In this document: positions 1 through 9,763 of the stretch, piece by piece
How positions within the stretch are numbered: position 1 is the first letter of the stretch
How the letters are laid out: every line of letters begins with the position of its first letter
Assembly: GCA_963707635.1 (NCBI GenBank)
Contig: OY970173.1
Span: 2,801,489 to 2,865,488 of the forward strand
DNA: 64,000 bases
Direction of reading: 5' to 3'
DNA from: Candidatus Latescibacterota bacterium
Lineage (GTDB): Bacteria; Krumholzibacteriota; Krumholzibacteriia; WVZY01; JAKEHA01
Program-made: the position numbers and the translations under genes
The notes under the pieces: generated by a model
The model's input: the letters and a program-made list of their open reading frames with translations, nothing else
Told to the model about the DNA's origin: nothing
Database searches by the model: none

Positions 1-5
1 TAGGA

Positions 6-2897
6 ATGATCAACATCTCGACGCCCCTTGCGCGTACCCTCACGCACCTGCCGACGCTGGTGCTGCTCGTTGCCTTTCCTCAATTATCTGCCGGCCAGAC
101 CGCCCTCTCACCCACAAGAGACGTCACTCTCTTCGACCCGCAGTGTGAAAAAGCGAGCGGGTCCGGAGACTATTTGTTTGCGGGGAACACGAACGGACAG
201 GGCCGGCGTCGCGCGTTGTTGCACTTCGACATTGCCGGGAGTCTGCCGCCCGGCGCCGTGATCCAGAGTGTCACGCTGACCTTGCACATGTCGCAGACCA
301 ATACCGGGACGCGCACCTTCACTCTCCACCGACTGCAGCAGGACTGGGGGGAAGGAGCCTCCAATTCGGGGTCTCCCGGAGGGGGCGGCGGCCCGGCCCT
401 GAATAATGACGCGACCTGGTGCTACCGCTTCTACAACCAGGGTGATCCCGGCGCTTCTCCCGTGTGGTCGCCCTACGGCGGCGAGTTCGACACCACGGCG
501 AGCGCGTCGGCGGGCGTGGACGGAGTCGACTTCTACTCATGGACGTCGCCGCAGATGGTCGCCGACGTGCAGAGCTGGCTCGACAATCCTGCCTCCAACT
601 TCGGCTACATCCTGATCGGGCAGGAGGGCACCTTGCAGACCGCGAAGCGCTTCGACTCGCGCACGAACCCGACGATCAACCTGCGCCCCGTACTGCTGGT
701 TGAGTACGGCCCCCCGCCCGCGCCACCGGAGGTCGCGGTGCTGTCCCCCAACGGAGGCGGAACGGTCACGGCCAACACGGGGACCCTCGCCCAGTGGACG
801 GCAACCGACGCGAGCGGAATTGCCAGGATCGACCTGTACGTTTCGATCGACAACGGGCTCTCGTTCGACCGGGTTGCGATCGATCTTCCCCATACCGGAT
901 CGTACACATGGTTTCCCGCCAATCGCCCCACGACGCAGGCTCGGTTCCGTGTCGTCGCGACTGACAACACCAGTGTCAGCAATCAGGACGACAGCGATAT
1001 GCCGTTCACCATTCTCTCTCCGCCGGGCGGCATCGTGCCCACGACGCTGCGCGACTTCGATCAGCCCGGCACGCAGCCGTTCGACGCGGGCAAGCTCAAG
1101 GACCCCGAGAACTGTGCCACCTGCCACAGCGGCTACGGACAGACCGCGGTGGAGCCCTACTACAACTGGCAGGGCAGCATGATGGCCAATGCATCGCTCG
1201 ATCCCCTGTTCGAGGCAGCGCTGGCGATCGCGAACCAGGACGCACCGGATTCCGGCGATCTCTGCCTGCGATGTCACAACAGCCGCGGCTGGCTGGGCGG
1301 CCGCTCGATTCCGACCAGTGGGACGCAGATGGCCGACCAGGACAAGATTGGCGTTTCGTGCAACCTTTGTCATCGCATGGTCGACCCGATCGCCAACGCG
1401 GAGAATCCGGCCGAGGATGCCGCCGTCCTCGCCGCGCTCGATGAAGTTCCCGCCGAGTTCGGCACCGGCATGTACGTCGTCGACCCGAATGAGTCGGCTC
1501 GCCGCGGTCCTTTTGCCGATGCGGCCAGTGGTCACCCGATACTGGTTTCGCCGTTCCACCGCGAAGCGGCGCTGTGCGGAACGTGCCACAACGTCAGCAA
1601 CCCGGCGTTCACTCGCGATGCGGGCGGCAATTACGTGCCCAACGCGTTCGATACGCCCGCGCCCAGCTTCTCGCCGGACTCCATCATGGCGGTCGAGCGC
1701 ACGTACAGCGAGTGGTTGTTCAGCGCGTACAACACCCCGGGCGGCGTGTACGCGCCCGAGTTCGGAGGCAACAAGACCTACGTCTCGACCTGTCAGGATT
1801 GCCACATGCGGGATGTCACCGGCAAAGGCTGCAACAACGTCGCCGCGCCGGTCCGGTCGGACCTGCCGCTGCACGACCTGACGGGTGGAAGCACCTGGAT
1901 ACCCGGACTCCTGAGCACACTGCACCCGACGGTGGCCAACGACGCCGCGCTCCAGGACGGAATCATTCGGGCGCGCTACATGCTCCAGAACGCGACCGAG
2001 TTGTCACTCGTATCGGCCGACTCACTGCTCAGAGTGCGCGTGACAAACCAGACGGGGCACAAGCTGCCAACCGGCTATCCGGAAGGCCGCCGCGTCTGGC
2101 TCAACGTGAAGTTCTACGACCAGTCCATGGCCCTCGTCGGCGAGTCCGGGGCGTACGACGCAAGTACCGGGGTACTCACGCATGATGCCGAAGCCAAGAT
2201 CTACGAGATCGAGCCCGCCACGAATGGTATTCCCGGAGTTCCGGACGGCTCCCGGTTTCATTTCGTCCTGAACAACACCGTGCTCAAGGATAATCGCATC
2301 CCGCCGCGCGGTTTCACGAATGCTGCTTACGCTGCGTTTGGAGGCCCGCCGGTCGGACACGCCTATGCCGACAGCCAGTACTGGGACGACACGGAGTACG
2401 TCATCCCGACCGGCGCGGTGAAGGCCGAAGTGACGCTGTACTACCAGAGCACCTCGAAGGAGTACGTGGAGTTCCTGCGTGACCAGAACACCACGAACAC
2501 CAGGGGACAGGAGATGTTTGACGTATGGAACAACAACGGCAAGTGCCCTCCCGAAGTAATGAACACCCTGTCGGTGGACTTCAACTTGACCGCGGTTGAT
2601 GACAGCCCGGCGCCCGTGACGCGTCTGGGTCAGAATTACCCGAATCCGTTTAACCCGAGCACGTCGATCCAGTATTCCATCGGCGAACGAGGACACGTCA
2701 CGTTGCGGGTGTACGACGTGGCTGGACGGCTGGTGCGCACACTCGTGGACGCGGACCGCGCGCCCGAGGCCGGCTGGCTGAGCGTTACCTGGGACGGCAG
2801 GAACGATACCGGCGAGCCGGTGTCCAGCGGATTGTACTTCTACCGCCTGACGGTAAACGGCCACCGGGAAACCAGAAAGATGGTGCTTCTGCGATAG
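6..2897 (+). CDS. Secreted pentaheme c-type cytochrome with T9SS-type C-terminal sorting domain
   Basis: 963-aa ORF with N-terminal signal peptide (MINISTPLARTLTHLPTLVLLVAFPQLSAGQ). Five CxxCH motifs: CATCH, CLRCH, CNLCH, CGTCH, CQDCH. C-terminus LGQNYPNPFNPSTSIQY...VYDVAGRLVRTL...WDGRNDTGEPVSSGLYFYRL...RKMVLLR matches the Por-secretion-tail / FlgD-Ig-like sorting-domain pattern. Confidence 0.8.
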   Translation: MINISTPLARTLTHLPTLVLLVAFPQLSAGQTALSPTRDVTLFDPQCEKASGSGDYLFAGNTNGQGRRRALLHFDIAGSLPPGAVIQSVTLTLHMSQTNTGTRTFTLHRLQQDWGEGASNSGSPGGGGGPALNNDATWCYRFYNQGDPGASPVWSPYGGEFDTTASASAGVDGVDFYSWTSPQMVADVQSWLDNPASNFGYILIGQEGTLQTAKRFDSRTNPTINLRPVLLVEYGPPPAPPEVAVLSPNGGGTVTANTGTLAQWTATDASGIARIDLYVSIDNGLSFDRVAIDLPHTGSYTWFPANRPTTQARFRVVATDNTSVSNQDDSDMPFTILSPPGGIVPTTLRDFDQPGTQPFDAGKLKDPENCATCHSGYGQTAVEPYYNWQGSMMANASLDPLFEAALAIANQDAPDSGDLCLRCHNSRGWLGGRSIPTSGTQMADQDKIGVSCNLCHRMVDPIANAENPAEDAAVLAALDEVPAEFGTGMYVVDPNESARRGPFADAASGHPILVSPFHREAALCGTCHNVSNPAFTRDAGGNYVPNAFDTPAPSFSPDSIMAVERTYSEWLFSAYNTPGGVYAPEFGGNKTYVSTCQDCHMRDVTGKGCNNVAAPVRSDLPLHDLTGGSTWIPGLLSTLHPTVANDAALQDGIIRARYMLQNATELSLVSADSLLRVRVTNQTGHKLPTGYPEGRRVWLNVKFYDQSMALVGESGAYDASTGVLTHDAEAKIYEIEPATNGIPGVPDGSRFHFVLNNTVLKDNRIPPRGFTNAAYAAFGGPPVGHAYADSQYWDDTEYVIPTGAVKAEVTLYYQSTSKEYVEFLRDQNTTNTRGQEMFDVWNNNGKCPPEVMNTLSVDFNLTAVDDSPAPVTRLGQNYPNPFNPSTSIQYSIGERGHVTLRVYDVAGRLVRTLVDADRAPEAGWLSVTWDGRNDTGEPVSSGLYFYRLTVNGHRETRKMVLLR

Positions 2898-3174
2898 CCG
2901 TTGGCCGGGGTTGTTTTACCAGGTGCCGGCGCCTATCTCGATGACGTAGCGCAGCGTATCGATCTCGAAGAATCCGTTTCCCACAGCGTCGGAGATTAGC
3001 AGGAGCACGACGAGCGCGAGGAGAAAACAACCCCGGCGCGGGCGATATGACTGCGACCTCTGTCATGTCGATGAATCATGATCCGCGCGAGTCTAGCCGA
3101 CCTGACCTGTACGCGTGGAGAAACTTTGAAGATGACCCGGGACGGAGGCGTGCAACGGCGTCTATACTGCGGAC

Positions 3175-3965
3175 GTGACCCACACTCGTTCGATTGCCGC
3201 CGCCCAGACGATACCGGTCCGCGGTGACGTGGACACGAACATCGAGCGTCACATCCGACTGGTTCATGCCGCAGCGGAGGAGCGCGCGCGAGTTCTCGTC
3301 TTTCCTGAATTGTCGCTGACGGGCTATGAGCTCGATCTCGCCGGCGAGTTGGCCTTTTCGGAGAACGATCCACGCCTGGCCCCTCTCGTCGAGGCGGCGG
3401 CGTCCTGTGCCATGACCCTCGTCGTCGGAGCGCCGGTGAGGATTGATACGCGGCTCTACATCGGGGCGTTCATCGTGTCTCCGGACCGCGCTCTCGACCT
3501 CTATACGAAGCAGCGCCTGGGGGCGTTCTCGGACAGCGCGAAAGTCGACGGCATCGTGCCGCCTGCCGAAGCGACCTTTTTCTTCCCGGTGACCGGAACC
3601 CACTCGTCCAGGTCGATGGTCATACCGCGGCGGTCGCGGTGTGCGCCGATACCGGCCGCCCGTCCCATCCGCAGGCGGCGGCGGATCGCGGTGCCAGGAC
3701 CTACCTGGCGAGCATGTTCGTAATTCCGTCCGAGTTCGAAAGAGAGGCCGCCAACCTTGGCGCCTACGCCGCGCGGCACACGATGGCTGTCGTCTTCGCG
3801 AACTACGGCGGTCCATCGGGTGGACTCGCTTCCGGCGGACGAAGCGCCATCTGGTCCGAAAAGGGCGCACGGTTGGTTCAACTCGAGGCAAGCGGCGCCG
3901 GCGTCGCGGTCGCCACCGAAACTCCGGCGGGTTGGCGTGCCCGCACGATCACCATCGCACGATGA
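3175..3965 (+). CDS. Carbon-nitrogen hydrolase (nitrilase superfamily), apparent -1 frameshift near 3583
   Basis: ORF 3175..3723 (GTG start) carries the CN-hydrolase N-terminal pattern (RVLVFPELSLTGYEL...). The C-terminal half continues in another frame (ORF 3639..3965: ...AVAVCADTGRPSHP...AVVFANYGG...). The two frames join in the run cttttttcttcccggtgac around 3575-3590. Confidence 0.6.
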
Positions 3966-3981
3966 CGCCGGAGGAAAAAGA

Positions 3982-4010
3982 GAGGGCCGGCCCGAACGGC
4001 GCCGGCCCTC
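3982..4010. terminator. Perfect 10-bp GC-rich hairpin downstream of the CN-hydrolase gene (no clear U-tract)
   Basis: gagggccggc-ccgaacggc-gccggccctc inverted repeat read directly; no T-run follows, so intrinsic-terminator function is uncertain. Confidence 0.3.
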
Positions 4011-4420
4011 GCACGGCACGCGATTCGCGCGCGAACTCCTGCTATCGATACAGGCTCTTGACCTGACCCCACGTCGCCGGTTGCACGGGCAACGGGCCGG
4101 TCAGGTACTCCCCGCTGAGTGAACGTCCGCTGGATCGTCGAGTTGCACTTTCGCGACATCCCTGCAAACTAACGCCCTTCGATGGCCATCCCAAGCCTCC
4201 GATTCACGCCGAGGCCATCCCGGGCCCCACACCACCCGGCACAACGTGATATCCCGCTCCCCCGTGATCCCCGACCGCATCAACCTGGCACACGCCATGC
4301 GGCATTACCGGCGTTTGCCAAAATCACCAAACGCCGATGCGCCGGTTGATTCCACTCCGCCGGCGCTGGCTCACATGAAATCTGCTTGGTGAGTGTGTTC
4401 GCCAACAGGGGGATAGCACG

Positions 4421-5713
4421 ATGAGCTTCAATGATCCCATGCTTCGCGCGATTGTGAGCGTCGTCGCGTTTCCAATGCTGTTTCAGAGTGCGCTCATAGC
4501 CTTCGCCTGGGGCGCCGGAGACGATACCTGGCTCCTGGTCGCCAAGCGGATATTCATGCTCCTTCCGGTTTCCGCGGTCGTGGTCGCGTGCTGGGCGAGC
4601 GTCCTCTCGGTGGTGTCCATCCCGGTCCGGAGCGCGCGCCAGGAGTTCACCACCGCGTTGTTCGTGACGTGGTGGGACCTCGGCAAGTCGGTGCTGTCGT
4701 TCTGGGGCGGCGCGTTTCGCTTCGCCGTGGAACTGCTGCTGGCTATCCTGGCGGTCGGACGTGTGGGTGCTTTCGCGGTGTGGGCGCTCATCCACGACAT
4801 GCTCATGCTGCCGTTTGCGTTCCTGCGTCACGTGGCCGGCAACGTCGTACGCTCGCCGATACCGTGGATCGCGGTCACGCTGACGCTGGCCTGGTGCGCG
4901 ATCGAGACGACGATCTTCACCTACGTCATGTCGCCGGTGGTCATCGACACCTTCTCGAACATCACCGGTGAAACGTTCAAGGAAAGCTTCATACGCGTGC
5001 CGCTATTCCTGTTCCTGTTCTTCGTGGTCATGGGAAGCTATGCGGTGCTGTCGACCTTCGTCGATGCGATCAAGGGCCGGAGCTTCCAGCAGATCGCGGG
5101 CATCCTGGTCATCGAGTGCGTCGTGATCTTCGTCGAGGTCATGTTCCTCTACCGCGAGTTCGTCGACGCGCTGGTGCCCTGGTTCGCCCAGTACTCGTCC
5201 AACTTCGAGCTCGGCATCTACGGCACCATCGGGATCGCGTGCTTCGCATGGTTCGGTATCCGGAGTCTTTCGTGGTTCCTGTTTGCCGCCCATGGCACGC
5301 CGACCATCATGGCGGTCATCCAGGGGCGCGGCCTTGAATCCTGGGAAGCCGTTGCGCCGCAGCGCGCGCGCATCTTCGAGATTACCAACGCGTACTGGAC
5401 GCGGATGCATCAGGACGCAGCCTGGATCCGGCAGCGCGGCGACTCCCTGCTATCGTCGTTCATGCTGCCGCCGCTGCAGGTCGTGGCGGCCGCCATCAAC
5501 TTCTGCACGCTCGCCTTGTTGAGCAAGCATCTGTTCTCCCTGCCGTTCGAGAATCTGAACGCGATCCGCTACTCGGAGACGATGATTCGCGACTTCAAGA
5601 AGCGCTCGGGCTTCCACGCTCCGTCGTCAACCACCACTCGCGGGCACGACGTGAGACGGCTCGATCCCGACATGGACCCGGATGCTGCCACGTTGACGGC
5701 AGGTCGCTCGTAA
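4421..5713 (+). CDS. Multi-pass integral membrane protein, function unknown
   Basis: 430-aa ORF dominated by hydrophobic segments (e.g. AIVSVVAFPMLFQSALIAFAWGAG, FFVVMGSYAVLSTFVDAI); no recognisable catalytic motif. Confidence 0.55.
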   Translation: MSFNDPMLRAIVSVVAFPMLFQSALIAFAWGAGDDTWLLVAKRIFMLLPVSAVVVACWASVLSVVSIPVRSARQEFTTALFVTWWDLGKSVLSFWGGAFRFAVELLLAILAVGRVGAFAVWALIHDMLMLPFAFLRHVAGNVVRSPIPWIAVTLTLAWCAIETTIFTYVMSPVVIDTFSNITGETFKESFIRVPLFLFLFFVVMGSYAVLSTFVDAIKGRSFQQIAGILVIECVVIFVEVMFLYREFVDALVPWFAQYSSNFELGIYGTIGIACFAWFGIRSLSWFLFAAHGTPTIMAVIQGRGLESWEAVAPQRARIFEITNAYWTRMHQDAAWIRQRGDSLLSSFMLPPLQVVAAAINFCTLALLSKHLFSLPFENLNAIRYSETMIRDFKKRSGFHAPSSTTTRGHDVRRLDPDMDPDAATLTAGRS

Positions 5714-5745
5714 CGAACGTGGTTTCATCCAGCGGGAGGAAGAAC

Positions 5746-6525
5746 ATGAAGCGGAACTTCGCACTCATCGTCCCGATCGTGCTCCTTCTCGGCGTTGCCG
5801 CGTTGACCGGGTGTGACGTCGCCGGCGGGGCCGAGTCGGACACGCCGAGACAGTCGCTGTTCATCGGCGTCGACATAAGCGGCTCGTTCATGAATGGGGG
5901 AAACTTCAACGACTCCCTCGAGTTTCTCTCCTATTACATCTACGGCCACCTCAACGGGGCCGGCGGCATGGAGCGCCCGAACGCGTTGTTCGTGAGCTCG
6001 ATCGGAGGGGCACGAGAGGGAGAGCCCAAGACGTTTTTCCCGATCCAGACCTTCGAGAACAAGTCCGTGGAGGAGATTCATGCGACGCTCCTTGACATGT
6101 TCCCGAAGGAGAGCCCCAATCCGTTCACGGACTACAACGCGTTCTTTGAACAGGTGGCGTTTACCGTTCGCAGCAAGAACCTGGTGCTTCGCCCGATCAC
6201 GATCGTCATGGTGAGCGACGGCGTGCCGGACGTGTCGCGGGGCACGAAGTTCGAGTACGCAGCGGTCGAGCTCAAGCCGCTGGAGAGGCTGGCGAGGAAC
6301 GTCACCGTGCGGCTGCTGTATACGGATGCCGTCGTCGGCAAGAGCTGGCAGACCGGAGTGAGCCGCAAGCGGGTCAAAGTCTGGACCCAGGACGCGGTGG
6401 TCATGCGCTCCTGGAAGGACCCGAAGATCATGGTCGCGGACGTTCCCTTCGGCGAACAGCCGCATTTCTTCGACTGGGTAGACGACAATGTCGACTTCGG
6501 GGTCCGATCACACCGGGTGAACTAG
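5746..6525 (+). CDS. Lipoprotein with von Willebrand factor A-like domain
   Basis: Signal peptide plus lipobox (MKRNFALIVPIVLLLGVAALTGC); DxSGS metal-site-like motif (GVDISGSF); later ITIVMVSDGVPD, typical of VWA domains. Confidence 0.5.
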   Translation: MKRNFALIVPIVLLLGVAALTGCDVAGGAESDTPRQSLFIGVDISGSFMNGGNFNDSLEFLSYYIYGHLNGAGGMERPNALFVSSIGGAREGEPKTFFPIQTFENKSVEEIHATLLDMFPKESPNPFTDYNAFFEQVAFTVRSKNLVLRPITIVMVSDGVPDVSRGTKFEYAAVELKPLERLARNVTVRLLYTDAVVGKSWQTGVSRKRVKVWTQDAVVMRSWKDPKIMVADVPFGEQPHFFDWVDDNVDFGVRSHRVN

Positions 6526-6566
6526 CGGGCGGGCGGCAACGCGGACCAGCCAGTAGATCCGTTTCT

Positions 6567-7439
6567 TCATTTCCGCAGCCGGCCATGGATGGCGCGCGCA
6601 AAGCGCCCCGGTGCTTCCGGATCCCGCGCTAGAAACATGAGTGGCTCGAAGACCTCCAGCTCCATCAGCAGGAATCTTCCGTCCTTCACCACGCCATCCA
6701 CGCGGGCATAGACCGGCAAGGCCGGGGCGTGCGCAATGCACACGCGAGCCTGTGCCACCAGCGCCTCACTGACCTCCACGTCTTCGTCGGTTCCCCCGTA
6801 CTGAAATTGTACCCGGTACTCACCCGCCCGGGGTCGCTTGCGCACCGCGTGGCTGTAGTCTCCGTCGAAGAACAGCAGTGACAGCTCGCCCTCGAAAATC
6901 TCCGGCAGGAACGGCTGCACCAGTACACCACGATCTACCAGAGTCTGCGTAATGTCGTCCGCGTAGCGTGGGAGCTCATCCAAACGAAAGCGATATGTGC
7001 GATAGCCGCCGCCACCGATCGTGGGCTTGACAACGATCTCGTTCCACCCGCGTTCTCGGGCCAGGGTGGCGATGTCGGCCTGCTCCTGCCGTGCGATGCA
7101 AATCGTTGGCACGAGCTCGACGCCCTTGCGCGCCAAGTCCTGCAGATAACTCTTGTCGAAATTCCAATCGAGAATCTCCCCCGAGTTGCACATCAAGACA
7201 CCGCTCGCGATGCGGGCGTCGAGCCAGCTGCGGAACTCGGCCGCGCGTTCGAAATAATCCCAGGGCGTGCGCATGACCAGCGCGTCGAAGGACGTCCAGT
7301 CGATGTCGGCACGGCTCCACACCGCGGGAACCGCGCTGATACCAATATCTTCGAGCGCGGAGACCAACAAGAGGTCATCCTCGTAGAGCAATGAATACTT
7401 CTCACAGGTCACAAGGGCAACGCGAGGCTTGGACGCCAT
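6567..7439 (-). CDS. ATP-grasp domain protein (RimK / glutathione-synthetase-like)
   Basis: 290-aa ORF; the ATP-grasp assignment rests on overall pattern (IVVKPTIGGGGYRTYR, QPFLPEIFEGELSLLFFDG), not a single diagnostic motif. Confidence 0.5.
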   Translation of the reverse strand: MASKPRVALVTCEKYSLLYEDDLLLVSALEDIGISAVPAVWSRADIDWTSFDALVMRTPWDYFERAAEFRSWLDARIASGVLMCNSGEILDWNFDKSYLQDLARKGVELVPTICIARQEQADIATLARERGWNEIVVKPTIGGGGYRTYRFRLDELPRYADDITQTLVDRGVLVQPFLPEIFEGELSLLFFDGDYSHAVRKRPRAGEYRVQFQYGGTDEDVEVSEALVAQARVCIAHAPALPVYARVDGVVKDGRFLLMELEVFEPLMFLARDPEAPGRFARAIHGRLRK

Positions 7440-7461
7440 TTGAGGGTGCTTCTGCGACAGG

Positions 7462-8511
7462 TTACTTGCGTGAAGTGCGATAGAGCGCCTTGATCTCGCT
7501 CATGGTTGCCGTCTTCGTCGCGACCGTCGCGATCGACCGGCGCCACAGCCCGTCTACGCGGGCTGCATACAGCATGTTATCGTGCGTGGCCAGGCCAAGT
7601 ATAAAGGCAAACGGCAGCACGTCGAGAATCTGCCAACTGGCGCCGTTGTCGTGACTGTACTCGATTGCGGCGAAGGTGGGCGTTCCGAAGGACGCCAACA
7701 CATCGGGCTGCCGAATCGCGAACGCGACGTTAACGAGCGGACCGAGCCCAACATCCAAAAACGTCCACGGTGATTGCCCCTGGGGGCTGTGGAATACTCC
7801 CTTGTTTGTGCCGACCACCCATCGGCTTCCGGTCCATATCGCGGTGAATGCCGAGGTCCCTGGAGACAGCGCCACGTTCTTGAGCCAAGAGTCCGTCCAG
7901 TCGCTCTCGCCGGGATCGCGGAAGAACACCATGCCGTTGGAACCTGCGCAAGCGAGAAGCCGCGTTCCGCCCTCGGTTATGCTGCTCATGTTCGAGGCCT
8001 GATTCGGTTCGAACACCTCTCCAAAGTGGCTCCACGATCCAGCACCGGCGAGGTTTCGCAACCACGGTCCGTCGCCCGCGGTCGCAGCGTACAGTTTGTT
8101 GTCGCTCACCAAGAGATCGACAATGAAAAGTTGCGTGTTGAGAATCCCGCCGACGAGACCCTGGTTGAACCCGAGCCACGTGTCACCAAGGTCGTCGCTG
8201 ACGAACACACCCTGCCCGAAGGTCCCCGCATAAAGCCGTCCATTGCGCACTCGGGCTGCCTGCACCGACGTCACACCCGCCGCCACCACGGCGGAACCCT
8301 TCCACATGACACCCCCGTCGGTGCTGACATAGACGACGCTGTCGGCGGTCGCGATGACGGTGTCGCCATTCGCCCACACCGAAAAGATGGTGGTGGCGGG
8401 CACCTCCGACACGGGCGACCACTGGGCCGCGGCGGGCGCCGCCGCCGCGAGGAAGACGGCGGCAACGATGTTCCAACAAGTGACGAACCGAAGAAGAAGT
8501 GAGTTCTTCAT
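7462..8511 (-). CDS. Secreted BNR (sialidase-like / Ycf48-like) repeat protein
   Basis: Signal peptide (MKNSLLLRFVTCWNIVAAVFLAAAAPAAAQ); repeated S-x-D-x-G-x-x-W motifs (STDGGVMW, SDDLGDTW, SHDNGASW). C-terminus ...SEIKALYRTSRK. Confidence 0.6.
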   Translation of the reverse strand: MKNSLLLRFVTCWNIVAAVFLAAAAPAAAQWSPVSEVPATTIFSVWANGDTVIATADSVVYVSTDGGVMWKGSAVVAAGVTSVQAARVRNGRLYAGTFGQGVFVSDDLGDTWLGFNQGLVGGILNTQLFIVDLLVSDNKLYAATAGDGPWLRNLAGAGSWSHFGEVFEPNQASNMSSITEGGTRLLACAGSNGMVFFRDPGESDWTDSWLKNVALSPGTSAFTAIWTGSRWVVGTNKGVFHSPQGQSPWTFLDVGLGPLVNVAFAIRQPDVLASFGTPTFAAIEYSHDNGASWQILDVLPFAFILGLATHDNMLYAARVDGLWRRSIATVATKTATMSEIKALYRTSRK

Positions 8512-8538
8512 TTGGTGCACAAACATGGTTGGTGGCCG

Positions 8539-9027
8539 CTACGGGACCCAGCCGGGCAGGGCCGCCGCTTGCCGGATCCAGGTCGTCATCCGCGCCTCGT
8601 CGAGCGGGTCGTTCTCATGGATATCGAGGTAGCGCACTTCGTCGTGCTTGGACTTGCCGGGGGGCAAAGGACGCAGTGACGTGCCGCGGAAGAAAGCCAC
8701 TTTGACGTACTTCGTGAAGCAATGAATGCTGAGGAACCAGCCCTGGCCCTCGATGCCATAGAAGGGCGAGTTCCACTTGACCGCCTTGCGCACGTTGGGG
8801 GCGGTGCGCACGATGAGCGCGTCGAGCCGGCGCCCGACGTCGCGTTTCCAGCCCGGCATGGCCGCGATGTAGGCCTGCACCGGGGCGTCGCCGTCGGCCT
8901 TCGCGATCTGAGGGTTGCCGCCTGCAAGCAGGGTCGGCTTCGCGGCCCTGGTCGCCTTCGCAGCGCCCCGCGTGGCGGCAGCCTTCTTTCCGACCTTCGC
9001 GGACTTCCTGGATGCCTTGCTCGCCAT
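8539..9027 (-). CDS. DUF1801 (YdhG-like) domain protein
   Basis: 162-aa ORF with Lys/Ala-rich N-terminus, then ...AYIAAMPGWKRDVGRRLDALI...KWNSPFYGIEGQGWFLSIHCFTKYVKVAFFRG, matching my recollection of the DUF1801 pattern. Confidence 0.55.
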   Translation of the reverse strand: MASKASRKSAKVGKKAAATRGAAKATRAAKPTLLAGGNPQIAKADGDAPVQAYIAAMPGWKRDVGRRLDALIVRTAPNVRKAVKWNSPFYGIEGQGWFLSIHCFTKYVKVAFFRGTSLRPLPPGKSKHDEVRYLDIHENDPLDEARMTTWIRQAAALPGWVP

Positions 9028-9082
9028 TGTCTTTCCTCCCGGACTGCGGTGACTTCGACCTGCGCGAATTGCAGCTCAGAGT

Positions 9083-9580
9083 CTACCGTTTCTTCGCCGG
9101 CGGGCCGTTCAGGGCCACCGCGACTTTCACGAGCGCCTTGAACGCCGCGGCGTCGACCTTCTCCCCTTCGTGGATGTCGATCGCCCTTCGCGTGTTGCCT
9201 TCCAGGCTGGAATTGAAGAGGCGCGATGGGTCCGGGATCCTGGCCCCCCGCGCGAACGTGAGCTTCACGACCTTCGTGTACATCTCCCCTGTACAGACGA
9301 TGCCGTTGTGCGACCAGACCGGGACCCCCGCCATCGCATTCGACGGCTTCCTCCATTTCTGTTCCTCGATCATGTCGGGGTCGGCCGCCAGGATCAGCGC
9401 CCGCATGCGGGCCAGGGTCTCCTCGCGCCAATCCCCCAGGTCGCCGGTCCGCCGGTCGATGACCCGGGAAGTGGGTTTTCGGGTCGCGCCTGCCTTGGGC
9501 GTAGCTTTGGGCTTGGTGGCCCGCTTGCGTGGTTGGCTTGAGCGCGACGTGCCACTCCGCCTTGGTTTTGGCGCCATGGC
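9083..9580 (-). CDS. DUF1801 (YdhG-like) domain protein, tandem paralogue
   Basis: Same architecture as the neighbour (basic N-terminal tail, ...WRKPSNAMAGVPVWSHNGIVCTGEMYTKVVKLTFARG). Start placed at internal ATG (MAPKPRRSG); the ORF-track start at 9694 is probably too far upstream. Confidence 0.5.
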   Translation of the reverse strand, partial: AMAPKPRRSGTSRSSQPRKRATKPKATPKAGATRKPTSRVIDRRTGDLGDWREETLARMRALILAADPDMIEEQKWRKPSNAMAGVPVWSHNGIVCTGEMYTKVVKLTFARGARIPDPSRLFNSSLEGNTRRAIDIHEGEKVDAAAFKALVKVAVALNGPPAKKR

Positions 9581-9763
9581 CAATTCTCCTTTCGTGAGGG
9601 GGTGATACGGCCTTTCGTCATGCTCCGCCAGGTTCGCGCCCGAATCATACCACGTACAGCCGTTGCCACGGCGGGCACGGGAGCGGGAGCGCAACGAATC
9701 ACGTGGGATGGCCGCAACGACGACTGGTTAGGCGTGGCGTCCGGCGTGTACTTACGCCGAGGA

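Noticed and set aside
537-2864. Long antisense or alternative-frame ORFs inside the cytochrome gene (e.g. 537..1925 minus, 2022..2864 minus)
   Set aside because: Translations are low-complexity and Arg/Ala/Gly-rich, typical of out-of-frame reading in GC-rich DNA, while the plus-strand frame has signal peptide, heme motifs and sorting domain.
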